This document shows positions 48,491 through 59,790 of a DNA stretch of 64,000 nucleotides, piece after piece (within the stretch, counting starts at the first letter, position 1; each line of letters starts with the position of its first letter). The position numbers and the translations under genes were made by a program. The notes under the pieces are model-generated. The model searched no databases and had not been told where the DNA came from. It saw only the letters and a list, made by a program, of their open reading frames with translations. Origin of the DNA: Mobula hypostoma (Eukaryota); assembly GCF_963921235.1 (NCBI RefSeq), contig NC_086108.1, positions 109,308,001-109,372,000 on the forward strand. Direction: 5' to 3'.

Positions 48491-50389
48491 GTGCTGCTGG
48501 TGAAGCTCAGTAACTGCTTTCCAGCTGGAATCGAAACAAAAAATACTAACTTCTTGATGAATCACACTTCTCTGGTATTTGATCACTGCAATCAACAGCC
48601 TGTAGTTTTCCTTTCGGAGTGAGGTTTTGAACCGCCTGTACTTCCTGGCATTTTTTGCGGTTTGAACTGAAGTCACAATGGTGGAGGACGGTTGCACCAT
48701 ACACACATTGATAATAAATGTACTCTGACTTCCACTGTGTTGATTTCTTCCGGGTGCTCTGGTTTCCTCCCTCATTCCAAAGCCATGCGGGTTAGAGTTA
48801 GTAAGTTGTGGGCATGCTACGTTGCTGCCAGAAGACTGGCCACATTTGCAGGCTGCTCCCAGCTCAGCCTCACTGATTTGATTTAGTGCAAATGTATGTT
48901 TCAATGTACATGCATCAAATAATGAAGTTAATTATTCTGTCTGTAAATACATCAAGATGGTACAAAAGGGGGAAGAATGACACAAGGATATACTGTATTT
49001 GCTCTGGTAATGGAATGGTGATCTGCTGCGCAATAGGACCAGGTTATCAAAGACAAGGTTAAGTTTATTGCCTTGCACAAGTGCATGTACAGAATGCACA
49101 GGTGTAATGAAAAGCTTACTTGCAGCAGCATCACGGGTAGAAAGCATCGTGCAATGCAATGTTCCTCGCCTCTGGCCATGCTTCCTCAGCAATGCCAGTG
49201 TGGTGAATCGATAGATAGACCGACAGACCTTGGTTCATGTGAACGGGGGGTCCCAGTGGCAGAAAGGTGGCATGCTATGACTGAATTCCATCTTTCTGAT
49301 GTTCAGAAGAGTCAGTCCATTATACCTGATGTGACTTTCAGCTTCTTGTGAGAGAAGTGAAGAAAGAGGTACAGAGATAAGCAGAAAATGACAATGCCAA
49401 TTCAGAATACACAACTTGGCTGCCATACATGGCGCCATCTTGGCACTTGTTTGCCTCTGATAGGGATTTCCTTTGGGCCAAGCTGCAGTACACAGCGCAT
49501 AGAACATAGAACAGTACAGCATTCACGTGCCCATCTAAACGTTGCTTAAAAGTCCCTAACGTATTTGCCTCTACCACTACAATAGACAGTGCATTCTGGG
49601 CACCCACCACTCTCTGTGTAAAAAAGACTTGCCCTCACAAAGTATGGCCTTTAGTATTAAACATTTCAAACCTTGGAAAAAGATACTGTTGTTTATCTAT
49701 GCCTCTGACATGATACAACACAGGGAGTCTGGCTCCTCTACAACCCCCTGTTACAGGTGTATTGACGTGGACAGACCCAACTGCTGCTGACTCAACTGTA
49801 CTGCTTGTACAATTTGGGAAAAAAAGGATGTCATAACAGCAACGTTGCACTTAACATCAGTAAGACCAAGGAAGTGATGGTGGACTTCAGGAAGGGGAAC
49901 TTGGGGCAACGCCGTCCAGTCCTCATCGAAGGGTGAGCAGTGGGAAGGATGAGCAGTTTCACGTCCCTGGGTGTCAACAGCTCAGAAGATCAAGGGTGTC
50001 TTCAAAAGGCAGTGTCTCAGGAAGGTGATATCCATCATTAAGGACCCTCACTGTCTGGGACATGTCTTCTGCTCTTGAATAGCATCATAGAGGAGGTACA
50101 GGAGCCTGAAAACACAAACTTAATGTTTTAGGGAGAGCTTCTGCCCATTCACCTTCAGATTTCTGAACGGTCCATGAATCCATGAACACTAACTCATTAT
50201 TTTGCTAAGTGTTTACACCACTTATTTTGTTTTTTTAATATTCCTTATTGTAACTTATAATTTTTATGTACTGCTGCAAAACAACACATTTGAAGATATT
50301 TGCCAGTGATAATAAATGTGATTCTGAACCCAACTGCACTGTCAAAGCAGAAAACCAACCCATGACAACGCAGTGCAGAACGATTTGAC

Positions 50390-50877
50390 ATCTCTGCACA
50401 GGTAGTCAAAACTGCCCAACATATCACCGGCAAGGACATATACACAGAACGGTGCCGGAAAAGGGCCATTAAGATCATGAAGGATCCTACCCACCCTGTT
50501 CATGGACTGTTACTCCCACTCTCACCGGGGGGGGGGGGCTACGTAGCATCCACACCAGGATTACCAGGTTCAAAAACAGTTACTGTACTTTAAAGGCTGA
50601 TCAACACCTCCACCCATTAAACCACCAGGACTTCATCATTTCCTGTCAGTCACCTTATGTACAGACACTCCTGTGTCTGGTGTCACTTTATGGACAAACA
50701 ATCAATCTCTGTATATAAGCTATCTTATGTTTTTATATTTATTGTGTTTTATTACTATTATTGTGTTCTTTATCTTACTGTGTTTTTTTGTGCTCTATCA
50801 GATCCAGAGTAACAATTATTTCATTCTCCTTACGTTTGTGTACCAGAAATGGCATTGAACAATCTTGAATCTTGATT
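50390..50877 (+). mobile_element. Rex1/Babar 3' fragment
   Basis: Same family as 8785-9295; (cttgaat)n tail. Confidence 0.8.
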
Positions 50878-51039
50878 ATTCCACAACTCTGAAGTTCATG
50901 AGCTGCTCTGAACCCTATCGGAATGTGCTGGTGGATCTGGGGACACTGATGTCCAATGGTAAGCTTTGTATCCCCCATTATGTATCGGGGTAACCCAGAA
51001 TGGACTGCGGACATACAACAACTCAATCAACTAATGATC

Positions 51040-51670
51040 TGCAACACACACAAAAAATGCTGGTGAATGCAGCAGGCCAGGCAGCTTCTATAGGAAGAGG
51101 TACAGTCAACGTTTCGAGCCGAGACCCTTCCTCAGGACTAACCGAAAGAAGAGATAGTAAGAGATTTGAAAGTGGGAAGGGGAGGGGGACATCTGAAATG
51201 ATAGGAGAAGACAGGAGGGGGGAGGGATGGAGCTAAGAGCTGGGAAGTTGACTGGCAAAAGGATATGAGGCTGGAGAAGGGAGAGGATCATGGGACGGGA
51301 GGCCTAGGGAGAGAGAAAGGGGGAGGGAAGCCCAGAGGATGGGCAAGGAGTATAGTGAGAGGGACAGAGGAAGAAAAAAAGAGAGAATTTTTTTTTTTAA
51401 ATATAATAATAAGTGAATAACGGATAGGGTATGAAGGGGAGGTGGGGCCTTAACGGAAGTTAGAGAAGTCAATGTTCATGCCATCAGGTTGGAGGCTACC
51501 CAGATGGAATATAAGGTGCTGTTCCTCCAACCTGAGCGTGGCTTCATCTTGACAGTAGAGGAGGCCGTGGATAGACATATCAGAATGGGAATGGGACGCG
51601 GAATTAAAATGTGTGGCCACTGGGAGACCCTGCTTTCTCTGGCGGACAGAGCGTAGATGTTCAGCGAAAT
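51040..51670 (-). mobile_element. Penelope-like 3' fragment; hammerhead with mutated stem II at 51103-51140
   Basis: Closely similar to 1-480 and 15431-16052. Confidence 0.88.
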
Positions 51671-52202
51671 GGACGGACGAAGCCTAACTGTCACACTCCT
51701 GTGCTGGTGTATGGATAGTGAGCAAACAAAATATCTCATGCTTTTAAGCTGACTGAAAGAAAGTATGGGGGGGGAGGATGTCAGAGGTAAGTGTTTTTTT
51801 TTTAAAAACACAGAGTGGTGGGTGCATGGAACAACCTACCAAGGGTGGTGGTAGAGACAGATACATTAGGGGCATTTAGACATATGGATGATAGAAAATG
51901 GAGGGATGGGTTAGATTAATCATTGAGTAGGCTAAAAGGTTGGTAGAACCTCATGGGCAGAAGGACCTGTATTGTACTGTTCTATGTTCTATGCTCATTA
52001 CTCTGGGCATGATCCCATCAAGATTGTAACGAGACTTCCCTAATTTTGGTCCTGATCGCCTCTACAATGAAAGCCATATGTGTAGCCAGTTGGTGATTGT
52101 GGCTCCAAAGTCTTGCTTCCCTGGAGAGCAGCCCCTTTGTAATGCCAGGAACCAGGAAAGCATGCACATAACACTTAATAAATGGCTTTACTTCATTCAA
52201 TA

Positions 52203-52435
52203 GGGAACAAATTAACTCATGAATATGGAATTACTGTGTAATCCTCAGCATGATATTACTTATTCATACGTGAACTCGCCAGCTCAGGACATGACTCATA
52301 TTCTGTCTCAGTTCTTTGTGTCCGGGCTGTCTCGGCGAGATGGGTGACCGTTGGAAGTTAAGTGCAATGAATTAAGATGCAGTTGATGACTGCTGTACAT
52401 AATTCACTAAGTCCTGCAGACGCACATAATGAGAT
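52203..52435 (+). promoter_or_regulatory. Candidate enhancer copy B (inverted paralog of 44994-45232)
   Basis: See copy A; blocks at 52217, 52239, 52261, 52367, 52423. Confidence 0.4.
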
Positions 52436-54437
52436 GCACGAGGCTGTGTTGCAAGTGTGTTCTGCATAACAAAATGGATGGCAGCATAGCCTGACACAGA
52501 AAAAGGAAAAAAGTAGGAGCAGGAGCAAGCCATTCGGCCACTCAAACCTATCCCGACCAGCTGTACCACTGTCTGGTATGAGAATTGCAAGATGTCTGAC
52601 TGCAAGACCCTGCAAACTGATGTGAGGACTGTTGAAAGAATCTCTTCCCACCCCCCTCCCCATCCAAGATATACACCAGAAGTGCTGCATTTGCAGAGCC
52701 CTCAGAGTTTTCAAGGACCCCTCCCGTCCATGCTTCAATCTCTTTGACCTCCTGCCATCAGGCAAAAGATACCGCAGTATAAGAACAAGGATAGTGGTCT
52801 GGGAAACAACTTCTTCCCCCAGGCTGTGAGACCTTTGAACACCCTGCTACAACCCAGTACATATCACTTATGACAGCATCAAAGCTCAAAGTAAATCAAA
52901 GTACATATTAGTCACCATATACAACCCCGAGATTCATTTTCTTGCAGGCATTCTCAATAAATCCATAGAATATTAGCCATAATAGGAACAATGAAGGACC
53001 ACACCAATTTGGACATTCAACCAGTGTATAAAAAGACAACAAACTATGAAAATACAAAAAGAAAGAAATAATAAATAAGCAATAAATATCAAGGATGAGA
53101 TAAGGAGTCCTTGAAAGCCAGTCCATAGGTTGGAGGATTATTTCAATGATGGGGCAAGTGAAGTTATCCCCTCTGGTTCAGGAGCCTGATGGTTGAAGGA
53201 TAATAACAGTTCCTAAACCTGGAGGTATAGGGCCCTAAGCTGTAGAGTAACAGTAATACTGTTTTATATTTAATTATATATCATATATGTACTTTATGTC
53301 AACTTGCATATCTACAGAATACACTTTTATCTGTTAATATTATTTGTGTGCTGTATGTGATATATGTTTTGCACCTTGTTTCCTGAGGAATATTGTTTCA
53401 TTTAGTTGTAGGCATACGTATGGTTGAATGACAATAAATTCGAGTTTGAAACTTGACCCGTCATTCAATACTATCAATGCTGATCTACACAGGCCTTTAG
53501 TCCTCTTCCGCACCAGCTTCCATGAACTCACAATGCTGTCCATGGCCTCCTCCACTTCCATGATGAGGCCAAACTCAGAGTCTTGTTATTAGCCAGTGCT
53601 AGGGTTGATGCCAAAGATCCTAGCCTAAAGGTCGATCAGAAGTCGGGAAGTCAAAGCCCAACAACCTTAGCCCTGGGTCTATGTGTCTGAAGTCCACTAG
53701 GGAAATTGAACGCATATTGTCTGCAAGTCTGCTGGAAGTCTCATTGGGCTGAAGGGCCTGTTTCTATACTGTATCTCTCTATGACTGCTCCTGTCTCAAC
53801 AGTAGCTCAGTCATTAGCTTCGTCAGCCGTTCTAGAACCCACAACGGGATACAAGGTATCCTCATTCCCAGGGTGCTAATTAAGCAGGAGGAGATGAGGC
53901 TGCGGATTCCCTCAGGGACCATTTGGGATTTTGCAACAAGCTTGTGGCTTCATGGATGCCAGGACAGAGGCTGGTTTGATATTAAACTTAATTACTTGTC
54001 TTTAAGCATACCAGCTGTCGTGGGGGGATTTGAATCCAAACCTTTGGATCCAAATCCTCTGATGGCCAATAACCACCAGCCTTGCTGACAATTCCCATAT
54101 CCCAAGAATGCATTAAAAAGAGATATTATTCCAAAGGGATGACTGAGGTTCGATTCGCACTGCTGTCTCTAAGGAGATTGTAGGTTCTCCCCATGACCCC
54201 ATGGTTTTCGCTCGGGGTACTCCTGTGTCCTCACACGTTCCAAAGATGGACAGGTAGGAAGGTTAATTGGTCATGTGGGTGTAATTGGGCAGTGTGGGCT
54301 AGTTGGACTGAAAGGGTCTGTGCTCATGTAAAGGCTGCCCCTTTGCAAGAAGGATGAGAAGGCTTTGGAGATGGTGCAGAAGACGCTGCCGGGATTGGAT
54401 AGCATGAGCTCTAAGGAGAGGTTGAACAGACAATAGC

Positions 54438-54715
54438 CATGATAGCATAGCTTTTAGTATATCACTATTACAGTGCAGCAACCAGGAATCGATTCCCACC
54501 GCTGTCTGTAAGGAGTTTGTACGTTCACTCTGTAACTGCGTGAGTTTCCTCCAGGTGCTCCGGTTTCCTCCCACAGTCCAAAGTCGTACTGGTTAGCCGC
54601 TTAATCGGTCACAGGTGTATAATTGGGTGGTGCGGGCTCATTGGACCAGAAAGGCCAGTAACTGTGCTGCATCTCTGAATAAAAATAGAATAAATAAATA
54701 AAATGAAAATAAATA
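54438..54715 (+). mobile_element. V-SINE (other copies ~7540, 20400-, 48330/48735, 54140, 57300, 63620-)
   Basis: B-box tcgattccc, V-domain gagtttgtacgtt..tttcctccaggtgctccggtttcctcccacagtccaaag, A-rich tail. Confidence 0.85.
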
Positions 54716-55814
54716 AATTTGGGTTGGCTTCTTGGTAGCGTCAGAGGCTGAGGGGAGACGCAATGGAGGTCTCTAAAATTCCGAGAGACATAGACAGTTA
54801 AAAAGTCAGAGGTGTTTTTTCACAGTCTCAAATATTATAGGGCACAGAGTTAAGGTGATGGGGTGAAGGTTTAGAAGAGACTTATGTGGCAAGTTTTTAA
54901 ACAGGAAGTAGCAGATATCTGGAACATGAGGGGGTGGAAGCAGATACCAGAGCAATGTTTAAGAGACATTTGGGCAGACAATGAACAAGCAGGAAACTGA
55001 AGGATAAAGACCACGTACAGTTTAAATGGACCTCATGTTTAGTACACACATCATGGGCTGAAGGGCCTGTTCCTCGCTGTGTTTTTTTTGCTCCATGTTC
55101 TATATTGGCTTATATTCTCTGAGCAAGTTGTTGTTTTTAAACAGAGAGTTTGTGCCCAGAATCGGCTGCCAATGCTGGGGGTGGGAGTAGATACCATAGT
55201 GACATTTAAGAGGATTTTAGATCATCATCATTATGTACCATGTCATAAGACGTGGGTAATAATGGTCTTCTTGACCGTGATTGTTCTTGGCAACTTTTTC
55301 TACAGAAGTAGTTTGCCATTGGTTTCTTCTGGGTAGTGTCTTTACAGGATGAGTGACCCCAGCCTTTCTCAATACTCTTCAGAGATTGTCTGACTAGTGT
55401 CAGTGGTCACATAACCAGGACTTGTGATGTGCACCGGGTGCTCATTCGACCATCCACCACCTGCTCCAATGGCTTCACATGACCCTGATCAAGGGGCTAA
55501 GCAGGTGCTATACCTTGCCCAAGGGTGACCTGCAGGCTAGAGGAGGAAAGGAGGACCTTACACTTTCTTTGGTAGAGACGTATCTCCACCCCACCACCCA
55601 GGCTTCTAGATAGACATGTGAATATGCAGAGAATGGAAGGATATGGATCATGTGCAGGTAGAGGTATTTGTATAATGTGGCTTCCTATTCAACATAGACA
55701 TTGAGGACAGAAGTACCTTTTTCCTGTACTATTCTATGTTCTATGAACCCTATCACATTCCTACAGGTCTTGATGTTCAAGTTTAAGTTTAATTATCATT
55801 GAACCATACACATA

Positions 55815-56072
55815 ACTCTGCCATGGATGGTTGCATGCCCAGCTGCAAAAGGAGGAGGGTTGGTTATGGGGACAGCAACCCCATCCCATAATAATCCAGA
55901 GCTGTGGAAACACCAACAGAAGCTCCAAAGACCTCAACCCTGGCAGAGGAAGGATCTTCACCAAGATGTATGAAGTTGTGTGGTGAAAGCAGAAGCCATA
56001 GAGCCAATCAACCTTTGGCCCAGGACAAAGGACTCTAGCTAGCTGCTGTTGGTAGCCAATGCCCCAGAAGAA
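55815..56072 (+). mobile_element. Bipartite RTE-type remnant
   Basis: RTE 5' motif gggtttggttatggggacagcaaccccatccc joined to a 3'-end-like LAQDKGL..AAVG segment. Confidence 0.5.
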
Positions 56073-56649
56073 CTACACACATGTATACAGCTAAATGAAA
56101 CTATGTTTCTTCGCAGCCAAGGTGCAAAACACAGTACATGCAGTCACACACATCACACAGAACACATAGTTACAACAACACATACAGACACAATAAATAA
56201 TATTGACCCAAGCCCTTGAGTGTCATGGCCTGAAAAATGATGGTGCATGGGATGTTGTCCTGGAGCCATGTCTCTGCAAGAACAAGCACACAGCAGTTTC
56301 TCATCTCGCGCAAGTGCAACTGCAGACAAACGCAGAGTAGCTTGGTCTTCCACTAAGCGACTACTAGAGAGGTGTACTGATGGGGGTGGCCACTCCCCAA
56401 CTCAGCACGAACTCCAGCATGCCAGCTGTGCCTGTGCTCTCTCCCACACTACCTCTGGCACCTTCTCCCCTGGACATGGGTGGATATAGGGAAGCTGTTC
56501 CACTTGGCTACAAATCTAGAATCAGAGTCACAATGACGAGGGTTGAGATGAGAAGAAATATCTTCACACAGAGAGCGGTGAACTTTTGCAATTCTGTCAT
56601 TCAGAGGCTGCGGAGTCTTGGTCTCTGAGATTATGAGCTCACTGATTTC

Positions 56650-57232
56650 TCTGCTTCCTCAGGGAGGCTAAAAAAAATGAACATTGCTCTGCCGACTCTT
56701 AAGCAACTTTTACTGAAACACTATAAAAAGCATTCTGTCAGAATGCATAATGGCTTGGTACGGTAACTGCTCCACACATGACTGCAAGAAACTGCATAGA
56801 ATTGTGGACACAGCTCAGCACATCACAGGAGCCAGCCTCCCTCCATTTGACTCTGTCTACTTTTCTTGCTGCCTCAGTAAAGCAGCCACCTACTCTGGAC
56901 ATTCTTTCCTCTCTCCCTTCTCACTGGGATCAGGATACAAAAGCCTGAAAGCTCTTACTACCAGGCTTGAGAACAGCTTCTACCCACTGCTATCAGACTC
57001 CTGAACAGAACTTTTGTACAATAAAATGGATTCTTGGCCTCAGAATGCAGTTTGCTATGATCATGCCCTTGATCCTTTACCTGCATTGCACTCTTTCAGT
57101 GCCTTTTACACTTTGTTCAGCATTGTTATTGCTTTATCTTGCTCTAGCTCAATGTTCTGTATGAACAGTATGCAAGGCAAGATTTTCACTGTGTCTTGGT
57201 AAATGGGACAATAATGAACGAATACCAATACC
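56650..57232 (+). mobile_element. Rex1/Babar 3' fragment
   Basis: MAWYGNCSTHDCKKLHRIVDTAQHITG..TTRLENSFYP. Confidence 0.85.
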
Positions 57233-58537
57233 GTTCCAATTAGGGAGCAATAGATTTCTGGACATTACAGGAAACAAGGAACTGAACAGAAAAATTATGG
57301 CGGTTAGCGTAATGCTTAACGGCACCAGCTGTAAGGTTGGGGTTCAATTCCCACCACTGCCTGTAAGGAGTTTGCATGTTTTCCCTGCGACAGCATGCAT
57401 TTCCTCCAGATGCTCTGGTTTCCTCCCATTCCAAAGGTCTATGGGTTAAGATTAGTGAGCTGTCAGCACGCTGTGGTGATGGCAGAAACATGGCGGCACC
57501 TGTGGGTTATGCCCAGCACATCCTTGACACAAATGACCCACTTCACTGTATTTTCTGATATTTCAAAGAACATGTGATTAAAAAAGCTCATTTTTAATCT
57601 TTATCTTTGGAACTGAGGATAAGAACAAATCAGACGTGATTGAATTGAATAGCAGTGCATTCTAGAAGGGCTAAATGGCCTGTTAGGAATGTGTACCTTC
57701 AACAATGAGAAAAAGGGATGGGAAGTGGTTATGTGACACCCTTTGACTCTACACGACCATTCAGAGCATGGAAGCAATCCCTTTCACCTGACCCGTCCAT
57801 GCTCACCAAGGTTATCTGAGGTTGCCTGTGTTTGGTTCATATCCCTCCTAACTCATATGTCCTATCAATATACCCATCCAAGTGTCGGTGGTAGCTCATT
57901 CCACATACCCACGATCCTATATACTCTTTCCCTCTAACCCTTCAACCTCATTGGGTCTTATGCCCCAGACTCCCTTCAAACTCATCGTTGCCACACCTCC
58001 TGTAAATCTAACAGGGTCCCAGTTCCCAATCAACCTTTAAACACACTGGGGTCCCAGTTCCCACATTCCCTTTACCCCCTTTGGGCCTCCTTTCCAACAA
58101 ACCCCCTTTTGAACACATCAGTTTCCTCATTCCCTTTTATGCTATTTGGTTAACTGGAAAATTTTAATACATATTGTAACAGTTTTAAAAGATGTGAATT
58201 TAAAAAGTTTTTGGCTATTAATAGAAATAATTAGGAGAGGTTTTCAATCCAAAACTACCAAAATTTTACTGCCTACCAACTGTTTTGGCTCAAAACCTGC
58301 AGCAAGCCTCCAAGTTTTGAAAATTGCAGGGAGATTTTAATAAATGTAATTCTTTTAATTAGTTTCTTTGCATCTCTTTTACTTCTCTTAATCTATTCTT
58401 GCATTCCCTGTGTTTCCCTTTCTGTGCCAAGTTTTAACAGAACATAGATCAGTGCTGCACAGTACAGGCCTTTGGCCCACAATAAACACGAGAGATTCTG
58501 CAGATGCTGGATATCCAGAACAACACACACAAAATGC

Positions 58538-58883
58538 TGTTTGATGGTGCCAGATGGGGTGGTTTGAGTATTTCAGAAACTGCTGATCTCCTGCAATTTT
58601 CATGCATAACAGTCTCCAGAGCTCACAGAGAATGGTACAAGAAACAAAAAACATCCACGAGCAGCGGTTTTATGGGCAAAACACCTTGTTAATGAGAGAG
58701 GTTAGAGGAGAATGGCCAGACTAGTTCAAGCTGACAGGAAGGTGACAACAACTCAAATAATCAGCTGTGCACAAGAGCATCTCTGAACGCACAACACATT
58801 GAGCCTTGAAGTGGATGGGTTACAACAGTAGAAGACCACACCGGGCTCCACTCCTGTACCTAATGAAGTAGTCACTGAGTGTA
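58538..58883 (+). mobile_element. Tc1-like transposon fragment (HTH region + right TIR)
   Basis: GARWGGLSISETADLLQFS..TVSRAHREW; ends gtagtcactgagtg-TA. Confidence 0.8.
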
Positions 58884-59044
58884 TTTCAATACACGTGACA
58901 ATAATGAACCAATTACCGATTACTGATCTGCTGGAGGAACTCAATGGGGCAGACAGCATCTGTGGATGGTTAATATTTAGGGACTGAGTGTGCAGAGGAG
59001 AGTTAGTCACACTCACAGTCCCAACACTGAGTCTCAACCCAAAG

Positions 59045-59790
59045 CACATCACCTGTGAATCTGTTGGGATTGTCTACTATATCTAGTGCTTGCAAAGCGG
59101 CCTCGTCGACATTCGTGTGACCCAACATTGATTGGGGAACCTCTTTGTCAGGCACTTTCACTCCATCCGTATCAAGCAGGTTTTCTCAGTGGCAAACCAT
59201 TTCAATTCCAGTACCCATTCCTATTCCAACACGTCAGTCCATGGCCTCCTCTTTTGCCATGATGAGGCCGCTCACAGTTTGGAGGAGCCATACCTCATAT
59301 TCCATCTTGGTAATCTGATAGCATGAACATGAATTTCTCTAATTTCCTTTAATTTTTTCCCTCCCCCTTCCTTCTTCATTTCTTTATCTCTTCTCCTACC
59401 TGCCAATCACCTCCCCCAGTGCCCCTCTTCCATCCCTTTCTCCAATGATCCACTCTTCTCTCCTACAAGATTCCTTCTTTTCCAACCTTTCCCATTTTCC
59501 ATCTATCACCTCTCAACTTCTTACTTCACCAACACACCCCCCACCCCCTCCATCGCCTTCCCCATCCACTTTGTCTCACCTATCTCCTTCTAGCTAGTCC
59601 TCTTTCCCCTCACCCCACATCTTCTTGTTCTGGCATCTTCAACCTTCTTTTCCATTCCTGATGAAGGGTCTTGGCCTGCAACATTAACTGTTTATCCATT
59701 TCCCTTGACGCTGCCTGACCTGCTGAGTTCCTCCAGCATTTTGTGTGTATTGTTCTGGATTTCCAGCATCTGTAAAATCTCTTGTGTCTA
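59045..59790 (+). mobile_element. Old Penelope-like 3' fragment
   Basis: VANHFNSSTHSYSNTSVHGLLFCHDEA..LEEPYLIFHLG; degenerate hammerhead 59653-59690. Confidence 0.85.

Noticed and set aside
24926..49267. 15-bp inverted match ccagtggcagaaagg
   Set aside because: A few such matches are expected by chance in 64 kb; no convincing extension
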